Assembly: GCA_905178155.1 (NCBI GenBank)
Contig: CAJINV010000005.1
Coordinates: 3,106,833-3,170,832, forward strand
DNA: 64,000 bases
Direction: 5' to 3'
DNA from: Amoebophrya sp. A120
Taxonomy: Eukaryota; Protista; Dinoflagellata
Below, one piece after another: positions 12,401 through 23,650 of the stretch. The number at the start of each line of letters is the position of its first letter. Within the stretch, counting starts at the first letter, position 1. The notes under the pieces are model-generated. The model saw only the letters and a program-made list of their open reading frames with translations, did not search any database and was not told the DNA's origin. The position numbers and the translations under genes were made by a program.

Positions 12401-15172
12401 AAGAAACTCTTGTGATACAACTAAAATCATCGACATTAAGATGAGAGCACATCTAAGTGCAGCCGAGCATGACCGGTTTTATTTGAGACCCTCCGTCATG
12501 ACATCAGTTGTGCGCACTACTTTCACTTTCTGCATGTACGACATCAAATGAGGCCTTTAGTCTCGTCCCAACGTGGCATCACATCAATGAAGCTGCGCTC
12601 TCGATTAATCGGTCATGCAAAAATGTTACAGATTTATTGCCCGGACCCGAATGGGCCACACATGCAATACACGTTGACCTTTTCGTCCAGGCCCAGATCA
12701 ATAGCTGCAATGGATAAGGAGGACCGCACGACGACGTCTTGTGGGCGAACACAGTGACTAGGATTAGCGTCGCGCGATGTTCGTTTCTCTCGGAAGTGCT
12801 CCTGTGCTACCTCCTCTTCGCCTTGCCGCTGATTGCCTCGCACCACATGGTATCAATTGCAAATGTGTCTAGGTTAATATCCGGATGAGTGCAGACGTTT
12901 GTCATGCGCATTTTTTCGCATGACGCAACACGCATCACAGATTTGTTGAGGGCCTCTTGATAGTACCTGTTCCGCATGAGAGATGCCCTCTCCGCGTGCC
13001 ACGAAATGGACTTCCGCTCCTCTGGCTGCTCATGCGAAAATGCCGACGTTTTCCTTTTCCTTTTGAATTTGAGAATAAATATGAAGGCAGCTGCATCACA
13101 AGTCTTGCTATCGTTCAGCCCCGGACGAGGACGTCTTTGCAATGCATACATGGTCACCCGCCACGCCCTTTCGCTGGATGACCACATGAATGCGGAGCAG
13201 CTCGCGGAAATGGTGCTCATTCGCGGTGTATCAAATGCAAAAATGTCTGGGTCTGGGAGGAAGAGGATAGAACTTTTGATGCGTGCTGTGGGTCACACAA
13301 CAATCTGTGTTGCGTGATCACCAAAAGCTGTCCTTTTTTGACCAACATGCGCGGGAGTTTCTCATGCAGGATTGGCATGATAGAGATTTCGCAGAATCTG
13401 TCATGCTAGGTCCTGCATTCCAGACCTCATGGGTCATGGAAAGGCAGCATGACAAATCTCGCAATCTCCCAGACCCAGACATTTTTACATTTGGTACGGT
13501 GTGGTGGAGCGCTACGAGCGACTTCTGCCCCCAGAGGACCTCTACACGGAAGACTTGCACAAAGTTCGGTTTTATGCATTGCAAATATGTCTGGATCTGG
13601 AGGAGTGGTGCAAGTAGAGAGAAGTGTGCTCCTGAACTCCCAAGAACATAAGTACTTCCCAACTCATCTGTCATGCGTGTTGCGGAAAAATATTCAGTTG
13701 GCGCTAGTTGAAGCGCAGCTTCTGATGCGCCTTACGCACCACAGGATCGTTCAGGTCTGATCTGCGGTGCTTGGCTGCGTGCTGACATTGGAGCTGGCAT
13801 GACAACTATTATTGGATCCAGACATATTGGCACTCGATAGGCGCCAGTCGTTCTGGGACTTTGTGTCGTACCCGGAATTTTCCGAACTCCACGAAGTCAT
13901 GGGGCGCAAGAAAGGCGAATTGGACACCCTCGCGGATAAACTGCTCATGAACCCCGCCAACCAGCTATCCTGCGCGGGAACGTGCCCACCTTCATCCCAT
14001 AGTCCAGACGCGACTCGTTCCAGACAAAAAATTGATTCAGACATTTTGCATGCAAATATGCACGACAGCTCTCTGTTGGTGGGTACGGTTTTGAGCAGCA
14101 TACCCGCGCGCCTCACACCTGTCAAAGGTTCTGGCGGACCGGAAGAAGTTCGGCGGGATGGTCCGACACATGAACACGCCATATGATGTATCATACAGAA
14201 AAAATCTAGCTGGTGCTTAGCACTACACATGTGATGCATAGAATGAATTCCTTTTTTCGCAGAAGGATCTCGCCACGGGGTAAGTAGTTCACCCATAGCA
14301 TGCTGCTTGAGACTTCTTGCAAGAGCGCTTTTTTTGCGGATCTATTTTTGCACTATGCAAGCTTTTTTCTGTGTGATAGGATGAGTGGATCGCACAAACA
14401 CGGCATATATCAAATGTAAAAATGTCTGGGTCTGGAAGATTCTGAGATTTGTCATGCAGTTTTTCCAAGCTCCGCCAAGTCTCGAATGCAGGGCCTAGCA
14501 TCACAGGTTCTGCAGCCCCTCGGTGATGCCTATTCTGCATGAGAAATGCCCCCTCGGCATGGCTAGAAATGGGGACCTTTTGCAAGTCATGCAACACAGA
14601 TTTTTGTATGATCCGCAACACGCATCACAAGTTCGCATCCTTCCAGACCCAGACATTTTTACATTTGATAGCATATGACTCGTGACTTCGCGGAACTCGC
14701 AGCGGTGCTGCGCGAAATGTTGGAGCAGAGGGACAGCTATCAAATGCAAATATGTCTGGGTCTGGAACGTTGCAGGACTTGTCATGCAAGTTTTCCATGA
14801 CCCATGAGGTCTGGAATGCGAGACCCAGCATCACAGATTCTTTGAGGTCTCTACCATGCCTTTCCTGCATGAGAAACTTCCTCTCAACTTGGTCAAAAGC
14901 GGACAGCTTTTGGCACTCACGCAACACAGATTTTTGCATCATTCAGATTTAGCATGACAAGTTGCAGTGTTCCAGACCCAGACATATTTGCATCTGATAA
15001 CAGCAAAAAAGAAAAAGCAGGATCCTATGGAGCCGCGGCGGCATATTTCCGCAACCACGTGGGGCCGAAACCACAAGCGCTTGACCACAAGCACATCAAG
15101 AATGGGAGGCAGGAGGACTTCGCGCTTGCCTTCGAAGAGGAGGACTTCGGGCCCGCTCTATCAGATCGATAG
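9405..15172 (+). CDS. Multi-exon multi-pass membrane protein of unknown function, interrupted by 11 TIR introns
   Basis: Removing each element plus 5 nt gives a continuous frame from 10086 to the stop at 15170-15172 (e.g. LFDQLAT-REGYLWHLGC...WERH-TWLRLLGIC...SHHM-VTRHALS...QRDS-KKEKAG...LSDR*). The 5' part (9405-9869) is in the same frame but separated by a TAG at 9870-9872. Confidence 0.75.
10934..11131. mobile_element. Introner/MITE intron, TIR subfamily B
   Basis: Left TATCCCAACAGAGAAAACGCTAGC vs right revcomp TATCACACGGAGAGAAAAGAGCTAGC; flanks CATGC/CACCC; removal restores frame. Confidence 0.75.
11613..11874. mobile_element. Introner/MITE intron, family A (262 bp)
   Basis: TIR TATGCATTGCAAAAATGTCTGGGTCTGGAAG...CTTCCAGGCCCAGGCATTTTTGCAGTTGATA; perfect TSD CACGC. 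Confidence 0.9.
11947..12208. mobile_element. Introner/MITE intron, family A (262 bp)
   Basis: TIR TATCAAATGTAAAAATGTCTGGGTCTGGAA; perfect TSD CGGCA. Confidence 0.9.
12369..12716. mobile_element. Introner/MITE intron, diverged family A
   Basis: Left TATCAAAAATGCAAATATCGATCTGGG vs right revcomp TATCCATTGCAGCTATTGATCTGGG; flanks CCACG/AGGAG are diverged; frame restored by element+5. Confidence 0.7.
12851..13148. mobile_element. Introner/MITE intron, family A
   Basis: TATCAATTGCAAATGTGTC...GACGTCTTTGCAATGCATA; perfect TSD CATGG. Confidence 0.85.
13229..13496. mobile_element. Introner/MITE intron, family A
   Basis: TIR TATCAAATGCAAAAATGTCTGGGTCTGGGAG; perfect TSD CGGTG. Confidence 0.9.
13573..13839. 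mobile_element. Introner/MITE intron, family A
   Basis: TATGCATTGCAAATATGTCTGGATC...GATCCAGACATATTGGCACTCGATA; flanks GGTTT/GGCGC. Confidence 0.8.
13966..14102. mobile_element. Short introner/MITE intron with a distinct TIR
   Basis: Left TATCCTGCGCGGGAACGTGCCCACC vs right revcomp TATGCTGCTCAAAACCGTACCCACC; flanks CCAGC/CCCGC. Confidence 0.75.
14189..14378. mobile_element. Introner/MITE intron, subfamily B
   Basis: TATCATACAGAAAAAA...TTTTTTCTGTGTGATA; flanks TGATG/GGATG. Confidence 0.8.
14408..14670. mobile_element. Introner/MITE intron, family A (reverse orientation)
   Basis: TIR TATCAAATGTAAAAATGTCTGGGTCTGGAA matches at both ends; perfect TSD GCATA. Confidence 0.9.
14738..14999. mobile_element. 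Introner/MITE intron, family A (reverse orientation, 262 bp)
   Basis: TIR TATCAAATGCAAATATGTCTGGGTCTGGAAC; perfect TSD ACAGC. Confidence 0.9.
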
Positions 15173-17001
15173 AGCGGGCGAAGCTGGTACAGGATTTGTA
15201 CTTTTGGTACTAAAAGGAAAATGTAGTAGGGCGGGAAAGTAGACATAAGGATTTTTTATCCACCAGCACATGGCCCAGAAATGATAATGCAGTTGTAATA
15301 GGAGCGAGAAGGAGAACGAGAAGTTGAACTTGAAGTACAACTTCAACTACCTCTACCTCAATCAGCTGCAGCTGTGGATAAAGAGCGAAGAAACTACCCT
15401 ACTTTGACGTGGTCAACAACACAGAAGTGTTTCTTCGGCAGTTGAGACAACCATAGCCAATTCACGGGCGTTTACGCTTAAGGAGAAATTTTAATTTTTG
15501 TCTTTTGAAGAAATAACTTCTGTATCGATAGGTAGCTGAATCGTGGATCAGCAAGCAACATATGAAATAGAGGACACGAAGAACGCAAAAAAGTAGATTT
15601 AAATGTTATGAACTTTGTTGGGCTTTTTTTTCAAAATTTGAGGAACTTATTTATTTATCGCAATAAAAAATCGAAATCGTGAACGACAACGAAATGGAAG
15701 TCGGTTTTTGATGTTGAGCCAGCTAGCTGTGAAAAAATATACACGACAACTACTCGGACTTGTTCATCTTCTTGCGATGAACATCATCAGTGAACTCCGA
15801 TCTTCGAGGTGTGAGCGAAGTAGAAAAATCTGTTTCGTTGGACAAGAATCAGTCATCGGTCAATATTCCACCCTACGAAGACACCGGTGGAATAAAGAAA
15901 CAGTCGGTCCAGAGCAGAAAAATTCGCGAGTACAAGTGCGTCGGCCGTACTGTTGATAGCGAACAGAGAACATACCGAATCGGAAGAAATGCTGCTACAC
16001 ATTATACAAGTGTGAAGATCCAAAAATTATTGAAGAACAAGAAACCCACAATTAATGGCGCATCGAGTAGTAAAAAGTGATCTGTTATTTTCTAGCTACG
16101 GAGCTGCATTTTTGTGCCAATTATGTTTTTGTGTTTTGCGATGGCCCAGATGATCCCCTTTTCGAAACATTGACACTTGCCACACGCACGACAGGTCCAC
16201 TGTGCTCATTTGTGATTCTTTATTTCCCTTTTTACTGAAGATCCGCCGATCGAACTTTTGTTTCTGCCAATGAATTAAGTAACGTAGACGCTGCAAATAT
16301 AGTAGAAGCAACAATCACGAGGACGAGAAGAACGAATCCCGTGAGACGTAGCGCATAGTCGTGTACTACTAGTAAAAGCGAGTCCAATTATACGTGTTTG
16401 TACTTGTCGGTTACAAGAAGGAACAAACCACAAACACGACGACCCCACTGCGGCACTAGAACTTTTCCTCTTTGTCGTTGAACCGCTGGTTGATGCTGTC
16501 CACCTACTAGAAGTGGCTTTACGTCGACCACAGAGGCAGTAAAATATTCGTCCCGCGGCATCCATCTTCGGTCCTGCTAAAGCACAAAGCACTGTGAAAA
16601 CGGTCACGCCGGTTCGGACAAGGTCATCTTCCTGCAAGCGGACCGCTCGCAACGCACGCGGGAAGAACAGGAGCAGGCTCTTTTTCGAGGAAGAAGAGAG
16701 GCGTTAAGTTTTGAATTTGCCGTCGGAGCAGTTGCAGCACGTTCGAACTAGGGCGACAGTCATCTGACGGAGAAATTACAAAGGCTGACCAAAAAAATAA
16801 TTGAAGTTGGAGCTCCACGCAGGAAGAATTTTTCCACAACCACCCTGCCACGACCCACGGAGATAAACCGTCGCGACAGGAGGAGCATAGGAGCAGAAGA
16901 ACCCACGGAATATAAACACATCGCGAACTAGAGGAACTACACACGACCTTGTTGGACTCCTTCCGCTTCACTTGTAGTACCAAAATACTAGATCGCCCAG
17001 C

Positions 17002-18668
17002 ATGGAGATCGTGATCTACCTTCTCGGCAACTGGTGTTGCATAGGGGCGGCCTCCATCATCATATACAACTTCATCATCCGCAGGGGGCACTGCAAGGAC
17101 AGCGAACGCGACCTGCAGATATCAAAAGACATGCAGCTCATGCTCTTTCTCGGGACCTTCGTCCGCTTCTACTGGTCCATGAGCCCACCACCAATCTGGT
17201 ACAGAAGATTTTTTGCTTCCGACGTTTATAATTCTTCAAATTACACTCCTGTAATGTACTCATGACACCAGAGCAGCTCGTGTGTGATTGTGCGGCAGCA
17301 GTGTCATTGCTGTCAGTCTGTAATACCTCAACAGTATCACAACACGCAGTTCATTCTAGAAGAGTCGGTGCTGCAATCTAGATGTACTGGATGCTCTTCA
17401 TTTCGCCCTCCACCGCTGATAGAGAAATACATTGCACTTCGAATATAAACTGATCTTGTTCTGCTCAGCAACAAATAAATTGGAGTGGTTTGTTTCCGAA
17501 AATACAGAGTGGTTTGTGCTTGAGTCGATTGCTTGAATTATCACAGGTCTGAGGAGCCGGTACCAATTCAATGGGTGTCAATTTTCGACCTGATTTTTTC
17601 CATTCTGATGTGGGGCCTCTGCGTGTGCTGCTCAACAGACTACGGCGTGCAGTTTATGAATTCCATGGGCGGAGTTGGCCGTGGCGGATACAACGCAGTC
17701 CCGGGACAGGCGGAGTTTGGTATTCATTGCGACTTTATCTTCCTCTCGCTCTCGACAACTTACTACGCAGATCTAGTAGCTACCATACGAACTTTTCTCG
17801 ATATGACGGAAGAGACCCGAGATTTCTTTCAGTTTTCCGGGAAGAAGTTTTCAACAAAAGTTTTTCTTTGTGTAGCCTCATGCGCTATCTATCGATCTAT
17901 TAGTAGAGGACGGCGACCGCTTGTTCCAAATCCAAAAGCATCCATTTTTTCATCGCTAACAAATCGTACGACAACAGACGGCCTGGTGCAAGACGACTCA
18001 ACTGGTTATGCGGGCGGCTCGGGCGGCGTAGGAGGTTTCGGGTCGGGCAAACCGCAAAACCAGTCGGCCCTCTACCGGTACACGCGATGGCCCTTCCTGA
18101 CCGGCGGCGCCGCGGTCACCGCTTGGCTGCTCACCCACCTGCTCCCCAGTCTGCACATGCCGGGCGCCTGGATACTAGTCGACTTCGCGGTGGTCTTCAA
18201 CATGCTCCTGGACGGCTGCGCCATGGTGCCGCAGGTGATACTCATCCACTCCAGCAGGACAAAAACTCCGGTGGAGGCCAGCCACTTCGTCGGCCTGCTC
18301 TGCCTCGGTATGGTTCAATGTTGATAGGATACGGAGCATGTGCGTTTTTGTTCTATATTATCTGCTCAACAGGAGCAGATGCCTTTGCTTGCATCACCAC
18401 CGGACTAAGTATTACGTTGCATCAAGAACTAGTACATCGAAGCATGAAGAAAGCCATCTCTTTCATTCATCACGCAGGCCGCCTACTCCGAATGATCTTC
18501 TGGCTCTGGTTGGTGCTGCACCCGGATTCCGGGCACGCAATATGGACGTTCGTCGTGCCAGATCTGCTCCACACGGTGATTATGGCAGATTACCTGTACC
18601 ACTACCTGCAGAAGCTGAAAAGGGACAGGATCGACCCCTACTTCGTCGATTATATGACTCACGTATAA
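17002..18668 (+). CDS. ER lumen protein-retaining receptor (ERD2/KDEL receptor)-like, paralog 1
   Basis: ISKDMQLMLF..RFYWS, LDGCAMVPQV, SHFVGLLCLG-RLLRMIFW, DLLHTVIMADYLYHY; GT-AG introns at 17199-17546 and 18308-18477, probably another near 17710-17977. Confidence 0.75.
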
Positions 18669-20486
18669 AAAACACACGCGATCGCGGCAGCTGCGGAATA
18701 AACATGTACGAAAGGGAAGTAAGTTGTGAGTCAAAACATTACAGATGAACACCTAACGAAAGGCGGCAAGCCCACAACTTTCAAATTTTGTACGTCGTTG
18801 GTCCTCCATTTGGGTTCACGACAAATGAATCGCTCTGTTGATTCTTCTTTTATTGTTTTATCGAAGATTACATCAAAACTAATGATAGTGTGGCGAAGTT
18901 TTTCCTGCTTCGCTTCACTTGTCCTTTTTCTTTTACAACAGGTTTGTTATACGCGTTTGTAAAAATGAATTCTTCCGCACATCACTCTATAGTGCTTCGC
19001 AGACCGGCACTGCATGACGAGCATGGGAATCGAATACTTAAATCTCTGCTGCAAACGCCCTTTGCAGCAAAGGGGGTCCAATATTCAATCCCTGGCTCTA
19101 CTTTTCCGCGCCAGCACTGGCCGACAACGGAGAATTCCAGTCAACGACGTGTGACATCTGTCGCCGAAGTTAAATTTTAAGCTACAAGGACACGGGGTAT
19201 CTTGAGATAGGAATCCAGAAAAGCGGATACTAGCCATAGATATCATCCTTTTCTGGTTCACTTCTGATAGAGCCTTGTTACAACTCATTACTAAACCCGG
19301 TGTAAGTTTTACCCTACGCAGCTCACTCGAAGACAAAGACGGCAGTTGTCTGTTCAAAGTAACAGACAGGTGAGCACGACGGAAAGTTTACTTTTACCAC
19401 CAGCTTATCCCCAGATAAAGAACGCACAACCTGTCGCCTCCTCTTTCTATTTTTCCAAAAAGAGTTCCGGACCGCACGAGCCTGCGACGCCGGGTCGTGT
19501 TTTGTCCTGCCTTTTTCTTGCGGTTTGCGTGGTTTAGTCCTACTCTTAAGGGGGGACGCGGAAATGTAGAGAATGAATCTTACGTACCTTGAATAAGATG
19601 GCTTGTCGCTACACAGATTCTAAGTAAGTACTTACTTGCTCCCCGGAACAACATGTTACACACTTTAGACTCACTTGCTCCCCGGAACATGAACATACTA
19701 CACCAGGAAATCTGCCATCCCTATTTGAGCTCCTTATCCACTTGTCCTGACAGCACCCGCGAGTAGCGTTTTCTCTGCGGTGCTCTGTTTGGGCAGGGAA
19801 GACGCAGTCGAAAAAAATTATGGTTGGAGAAAAAACAATTATACCGGGGGGCGACAGAAGACCGTGCAAGTAAAGCAAATTTCGGGCCGTACTAGAGCAA
19901 GTTCACACGACGACGACCAACAACATGCGGAAAGAGAGACGGATTTGAGGAGCGACATGCCTTGACGGCCATACACATATTCGAATCTTGAATTATCCAG
20001 CGACGCTATAGTTTTCAAACACCACCACACCCACTACCTCAACAGCGACAAAAGACCAGAAGGCGTCTGTGCTCCGTCTGTCTTCAGTTGTGAAAGAACT
20101 TGAAGAACTTCGTTAGTTGTAAAAGTACAGATGAACATCACCTGAAGAGCCTGAAGCCAGGCTGGGTACCCGATTGGGTTCGGTAATTTTTTTAGACTGT
20201 CGCCCCAGGCACCGCATCCATGCGTGTTCACCCTCACGTAGTTCCGTGCGTTGAAGAAACGAAGAAGCGCGCAAGTTATTTTTTCTTCGGTAGCTGCCGA
20301 CTGGTACTGATCATCGAAACACATAGAGAGATCACCAAACTTGATCATTACTTCGCGCGCAGCACATCTACACTCGAGATCCTTTCAACACCACACTCTG
20401 TTCGTGAGTGAGATGTAGTGTGAATTGTGGGCCAGAAGCAAGTTGGCAGAGTAGATCCAAAACTAACGAAAAGCCATACGATAATC

Positions 20487-21971
20487 ATGAGTATTCCGAA
20501 CCAGTGCAACAGTATCCCAGGCGGGTCCCGTCGTGGTCCTTGCGTTATTTTCGGAAACGGCCTCGGTTGCGACGTCGCGGATGCGGTGCCGTTTTTGGAA
20601 CAGCTGCGGGCGAGATTTCCCCACGTGGACGTCCTTACGCCCGCGGCGCCCGTTGTCCCCTGTAGAATGTGCGACTTCGAGGAGACCGCTTGCTGGTTTG
20701 ATCTGCCGAGCATGGAAGAGTGGGAAAGCCTCTCGACGCGGGAGCAGCTGGAGTTGCCTGCGCGCGATATCGGCGACAACTGCGATCGGTACTACCTAAG
20801 GACTACGCACGGGGGCAGGTGCAGCCAAGAGCCGCCGGCGGGCGGCGAGAGGCTGCGCGCTGGCCACGGGGCCCGCGAGGATCAGTGTGCCACCTCGTCA
20901 AGCGGCTGCGGGGGTCAGAGCGGCAGAGACTCGGTTATTAGCGGGGACCGCAACCTCCAGCTGCACGTCGGAAAGGAGCAAGACCCTGCCACCTGCAAGA
21001 AGATCGGACGGGATGAAGCTATACTGGATGGAACAGACGCGAAACTCGTGCGCCAAATTCTGCATGATGTTGACGACAGCTCTTGGGGTGTTATGGAAGT
21101 GCACCCGCCTGTTGTTGGGAAACACGAAACAGACAGAGATGTTGGAGAGCGGGTCGCGCCCTCTCTTGCATCACAGAAGAAAGAGAGCCCGTCCCCATCA
21201 AGTCCGCCGCGGCCGGTGTCACTCCTGTCACCCCCCTCGCCAGCATTGCATCTCCCCGCACCCCCGCCGGGTGATTGGGGTAGCGCCGTATTTGCCGGCT
21301 TTTCGCAGGGTGCAAGCATGGCCCTTTTCGCGGGTTTGCGCGGACTGATTCGGGACGTGAAGCGGCGGCAGGAGGAGAGCGGACGCGGAGAGGACGCGCC
21401 CCCCAGTGAAATAGTAGGCGATGGCAATGGCGGCGCCGCGGAAGTCAGCAAGCACCGGGCGAAGCGGGTAAAGAAGAGCCACCCGGCAGGAACAAGCAAG
21501 GAAACATCGCCTGCGCCTTCTAGTGCTGCACGGGGCTCGGATTCTGCGGGGCTGTCACGCGGGAAGTCTTCGACGAGTCCGCTTCGCCAGCGACGAGAAG
21601 CGCCCGCCGGCATTCTGGCGCTGTCCACGTATGTGCCGGCCGCGCGCGCGCTGCAGGCCGCCGCAGAGGCGGCGGGGGTGAAAAAGCAGAAAGGCAGCCC
21701 GCCGCCAAATGGCCCGCTGCCGATTCTTCTGTGCCACGGCACGGCAGACGGAGTTCTCGATCCGAAGCTGGCCGAGGAGACCAGGGCCTGGCTGCTGGAG
21801 GTGTTCGGCGCGCGGCATGTACGTGTGGAGCTCCACATCATTGAGGGCGGCGGCCACGCCTTTGGCTACAACGAGGGGGAGATAGTTGGTTCCTGGCTGC
21901 AGAAAGTTTTTCCCTTTTCGCCTCCTGGGACTCTGGTGGAAGACGAGCGAGGCGCGCGCGTGACCAAGTAG
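20487..21971 (+). CDS. Alpha/beta hydrolase, phospholipase/carboxylesterase (acyl-protein thioesterase-like)
   Basis: GFSQG nucleophile motif, WFDL, ALSTY, CHGTADGVL and GGGH; first ATG of the ORF is at 20487. Confidence 0.8.
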   Translation: MSIPNQCNSIPGGSRRGPCVIFGNGLGCDVADAVPFLEQLRARFPHVDVLTPAAPVVPCRMCDFEETACWFDLPSMEEWESLSTREQLELPARDIGDNCDRYYLRTTHGGRCSQEPPAGGERLRAGHGAREDQCATSSSGCGGQSGRDSVISGDRNLQLHVGKEQDPATCKKIGRDEAILDGTDAKLVRQILHDVDDSSWGVMEVHPPVVGKHETDRDVGERVAPSLASQKKESPSPSSPPRPVSLLSPPSPALHLPAPPPGDWGSAVFAGFSQGASMALFAGLRGLIRDVKRRQEESGRGEDAPPSEIVGDGNGGAAEVSKHRAKRVKKSHPAGTSKETSPAPSSAARGSDSAGLSRGKSSTSPLRQRREAPAGILALSTYVPAARALQAAAEAAGVKKQKGSPPPNGPLPILLCHGTADGVLDPKLAEETRAWLLEVFGARHVRVELHIIEGGGHAFGYNEGEIVGSWLQKVFPFSPPGTLVEDERGARVTK

Positions 21972-23650
21972 AACGTTGTTGCTGCTGTGTTCCGGTAGTA
22001 GAACTTACGACAGTACCTACCGATGCTTCGCCGACAGCCGTGGCCAAGCAAAAGCGTTCGCACGCGTCGGTCTAGTATGAAAGCCCCTGTTCCACCACAC
22101 ACCTCGATCGCAACTACACCAGACAATCACACGACGTGACGAACAAGATCCCCATCGACATTACTCCTGAATTACAATGAAAATAAGCAAAGCCTGTCCC
22201 AGAATGTGGACGGAGAACAGCGCCCACTCGGAATCGCGTCGCGTTCCGCCCTGAAGACGGATCCTTTTCTTTTCAGGGTTGCAAAGTTCTTTCCAAGAAA
22301 AGGCACCCTGGTTGATGTTCTCAATGTGAAGTTTTGGCAGTTCGACGGTCCCCCGGAAGATCCGCGTTGTGCCAGTCTGGCATTACGACCGGACTGCTGT
22401 TTTTGAAAGAGCTACTGTATTAAGCTAATCGACGTGTTTGCCAATTTTGGGCCACTTGGTTATCGAAGTTATCGAGTCAATTGCTGTTTTTTTTTGTTGA
22501 CAGAAGGCACGAGGGGATGATGACAGCGTAATTTTTGACATCTATTTGTCAAGAGGATCACTGTCCCTTAAGATAAAAGACCGCGAGTACAACCTCGAGA
22601 AAAATTCGAACACTTTCATACAAGGAAGGGCAGTCTACCAAGATAGAACCCCACGCCTTTCCATTTCGTTGCTCGTTGTGCTCCTTCGTCGTTCGGGCCT
22701 GCTACTTGCGCTCCGCTGACTTACTTTGGTCGTCCGGGCGTGAAGATTTGCTGACGAGTGACAAAGCTCCGGTGGCCAGGGGGGTTTGGATGACCACGCA
22801 CCGGTGAAGAAGCAGGAACGCAGTAAGTCCGGAGGCAAGTAGTGGTCAGCGGGGAAGGACATCGGGCCCCGGCTGATCAAAGCGTCCTACGTGAAAATAA
22901 ACGCTCGCGGATTGCTTGCAAGTAGTTTTACGAAGATCATCGAGAAACTACGATACAAGGCACGAAATACCAACGGTTTTGGAATAAAAGTAAAGGTAAC
23001 TTCGAGCTGCTCTCCCTACTGCTCTTGGGCTACTTTCATCGTTTGCGAAACAGGTAAACGCCGCCCAGCGACTACTTCACACACTCCTCGGTCAAGGTGA
23101 CATTAGCAAGGCAGAGAGGGTTCGGGCAAATAGAAGAAGCAGAAGAAACAAGCGGCTACACGATTCCACGCAGAGCCGCCTAGACAATTGGTCGCAACAG
23201 GGCCTAGTAATACTTCATAGGGGTGACCGTCTTGACGATTTTGGTGCACAAAATCACGATGAAGCTGTACTTCCTGCGGACCACGCCCACGTCCGGCGAA
23301 GAATAACGAGGTCCACCAACTTCTTGTAGGGAAGGCGAACAAGTAAGTAGCTCGTGCTCGTCCGGTGGTTTAGTACTATCCTCGGGGGGAGACCATCAAT
23401 CGCAACAGCGGCAGACGCAGAACGAAGAAGTTTGCAGGGACCGAGAATAAGAACCACGACGGCACTCTCGGTCCGCTTGCTGCAAGGAGCAGCAGGAAAG
23501 CAAGGAAGTGGATTTCCGAAAGGCTGCTTGGGAAGTAGTGATACCAGCACGTAGTCTTGTACAAGGGGTACTACAACGTCTTTCCTCGTCGCATCAACAG
23601 CACCTGGAAAAAATTGACCGGTTTCCAAAGCCGTAAAAGAAACCATCAAG

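Noticed and set aside
11789-14952. Many short ORFs sharing KMSGSG or PDPDIF peptides, suggesting a repeat protein family
   Set aside because: They are chance translations of the family A TIR on either strand and do not form consistent full-length ORFs.
11613-14999. Regularly recurring ~30-bp repeat resembling a CRISPR array
   Set aside because: Repeats alternate in orientation as TIR pairs, the intervening sequences are exons or homologous element interiors, and no cas genes are present.
19634-19689. Duplicated 17-mer ACTTGCTCCCCGGAACA
   Set aside because: Only two copies in intergenic DNA with no further structure; probably a local duplication.
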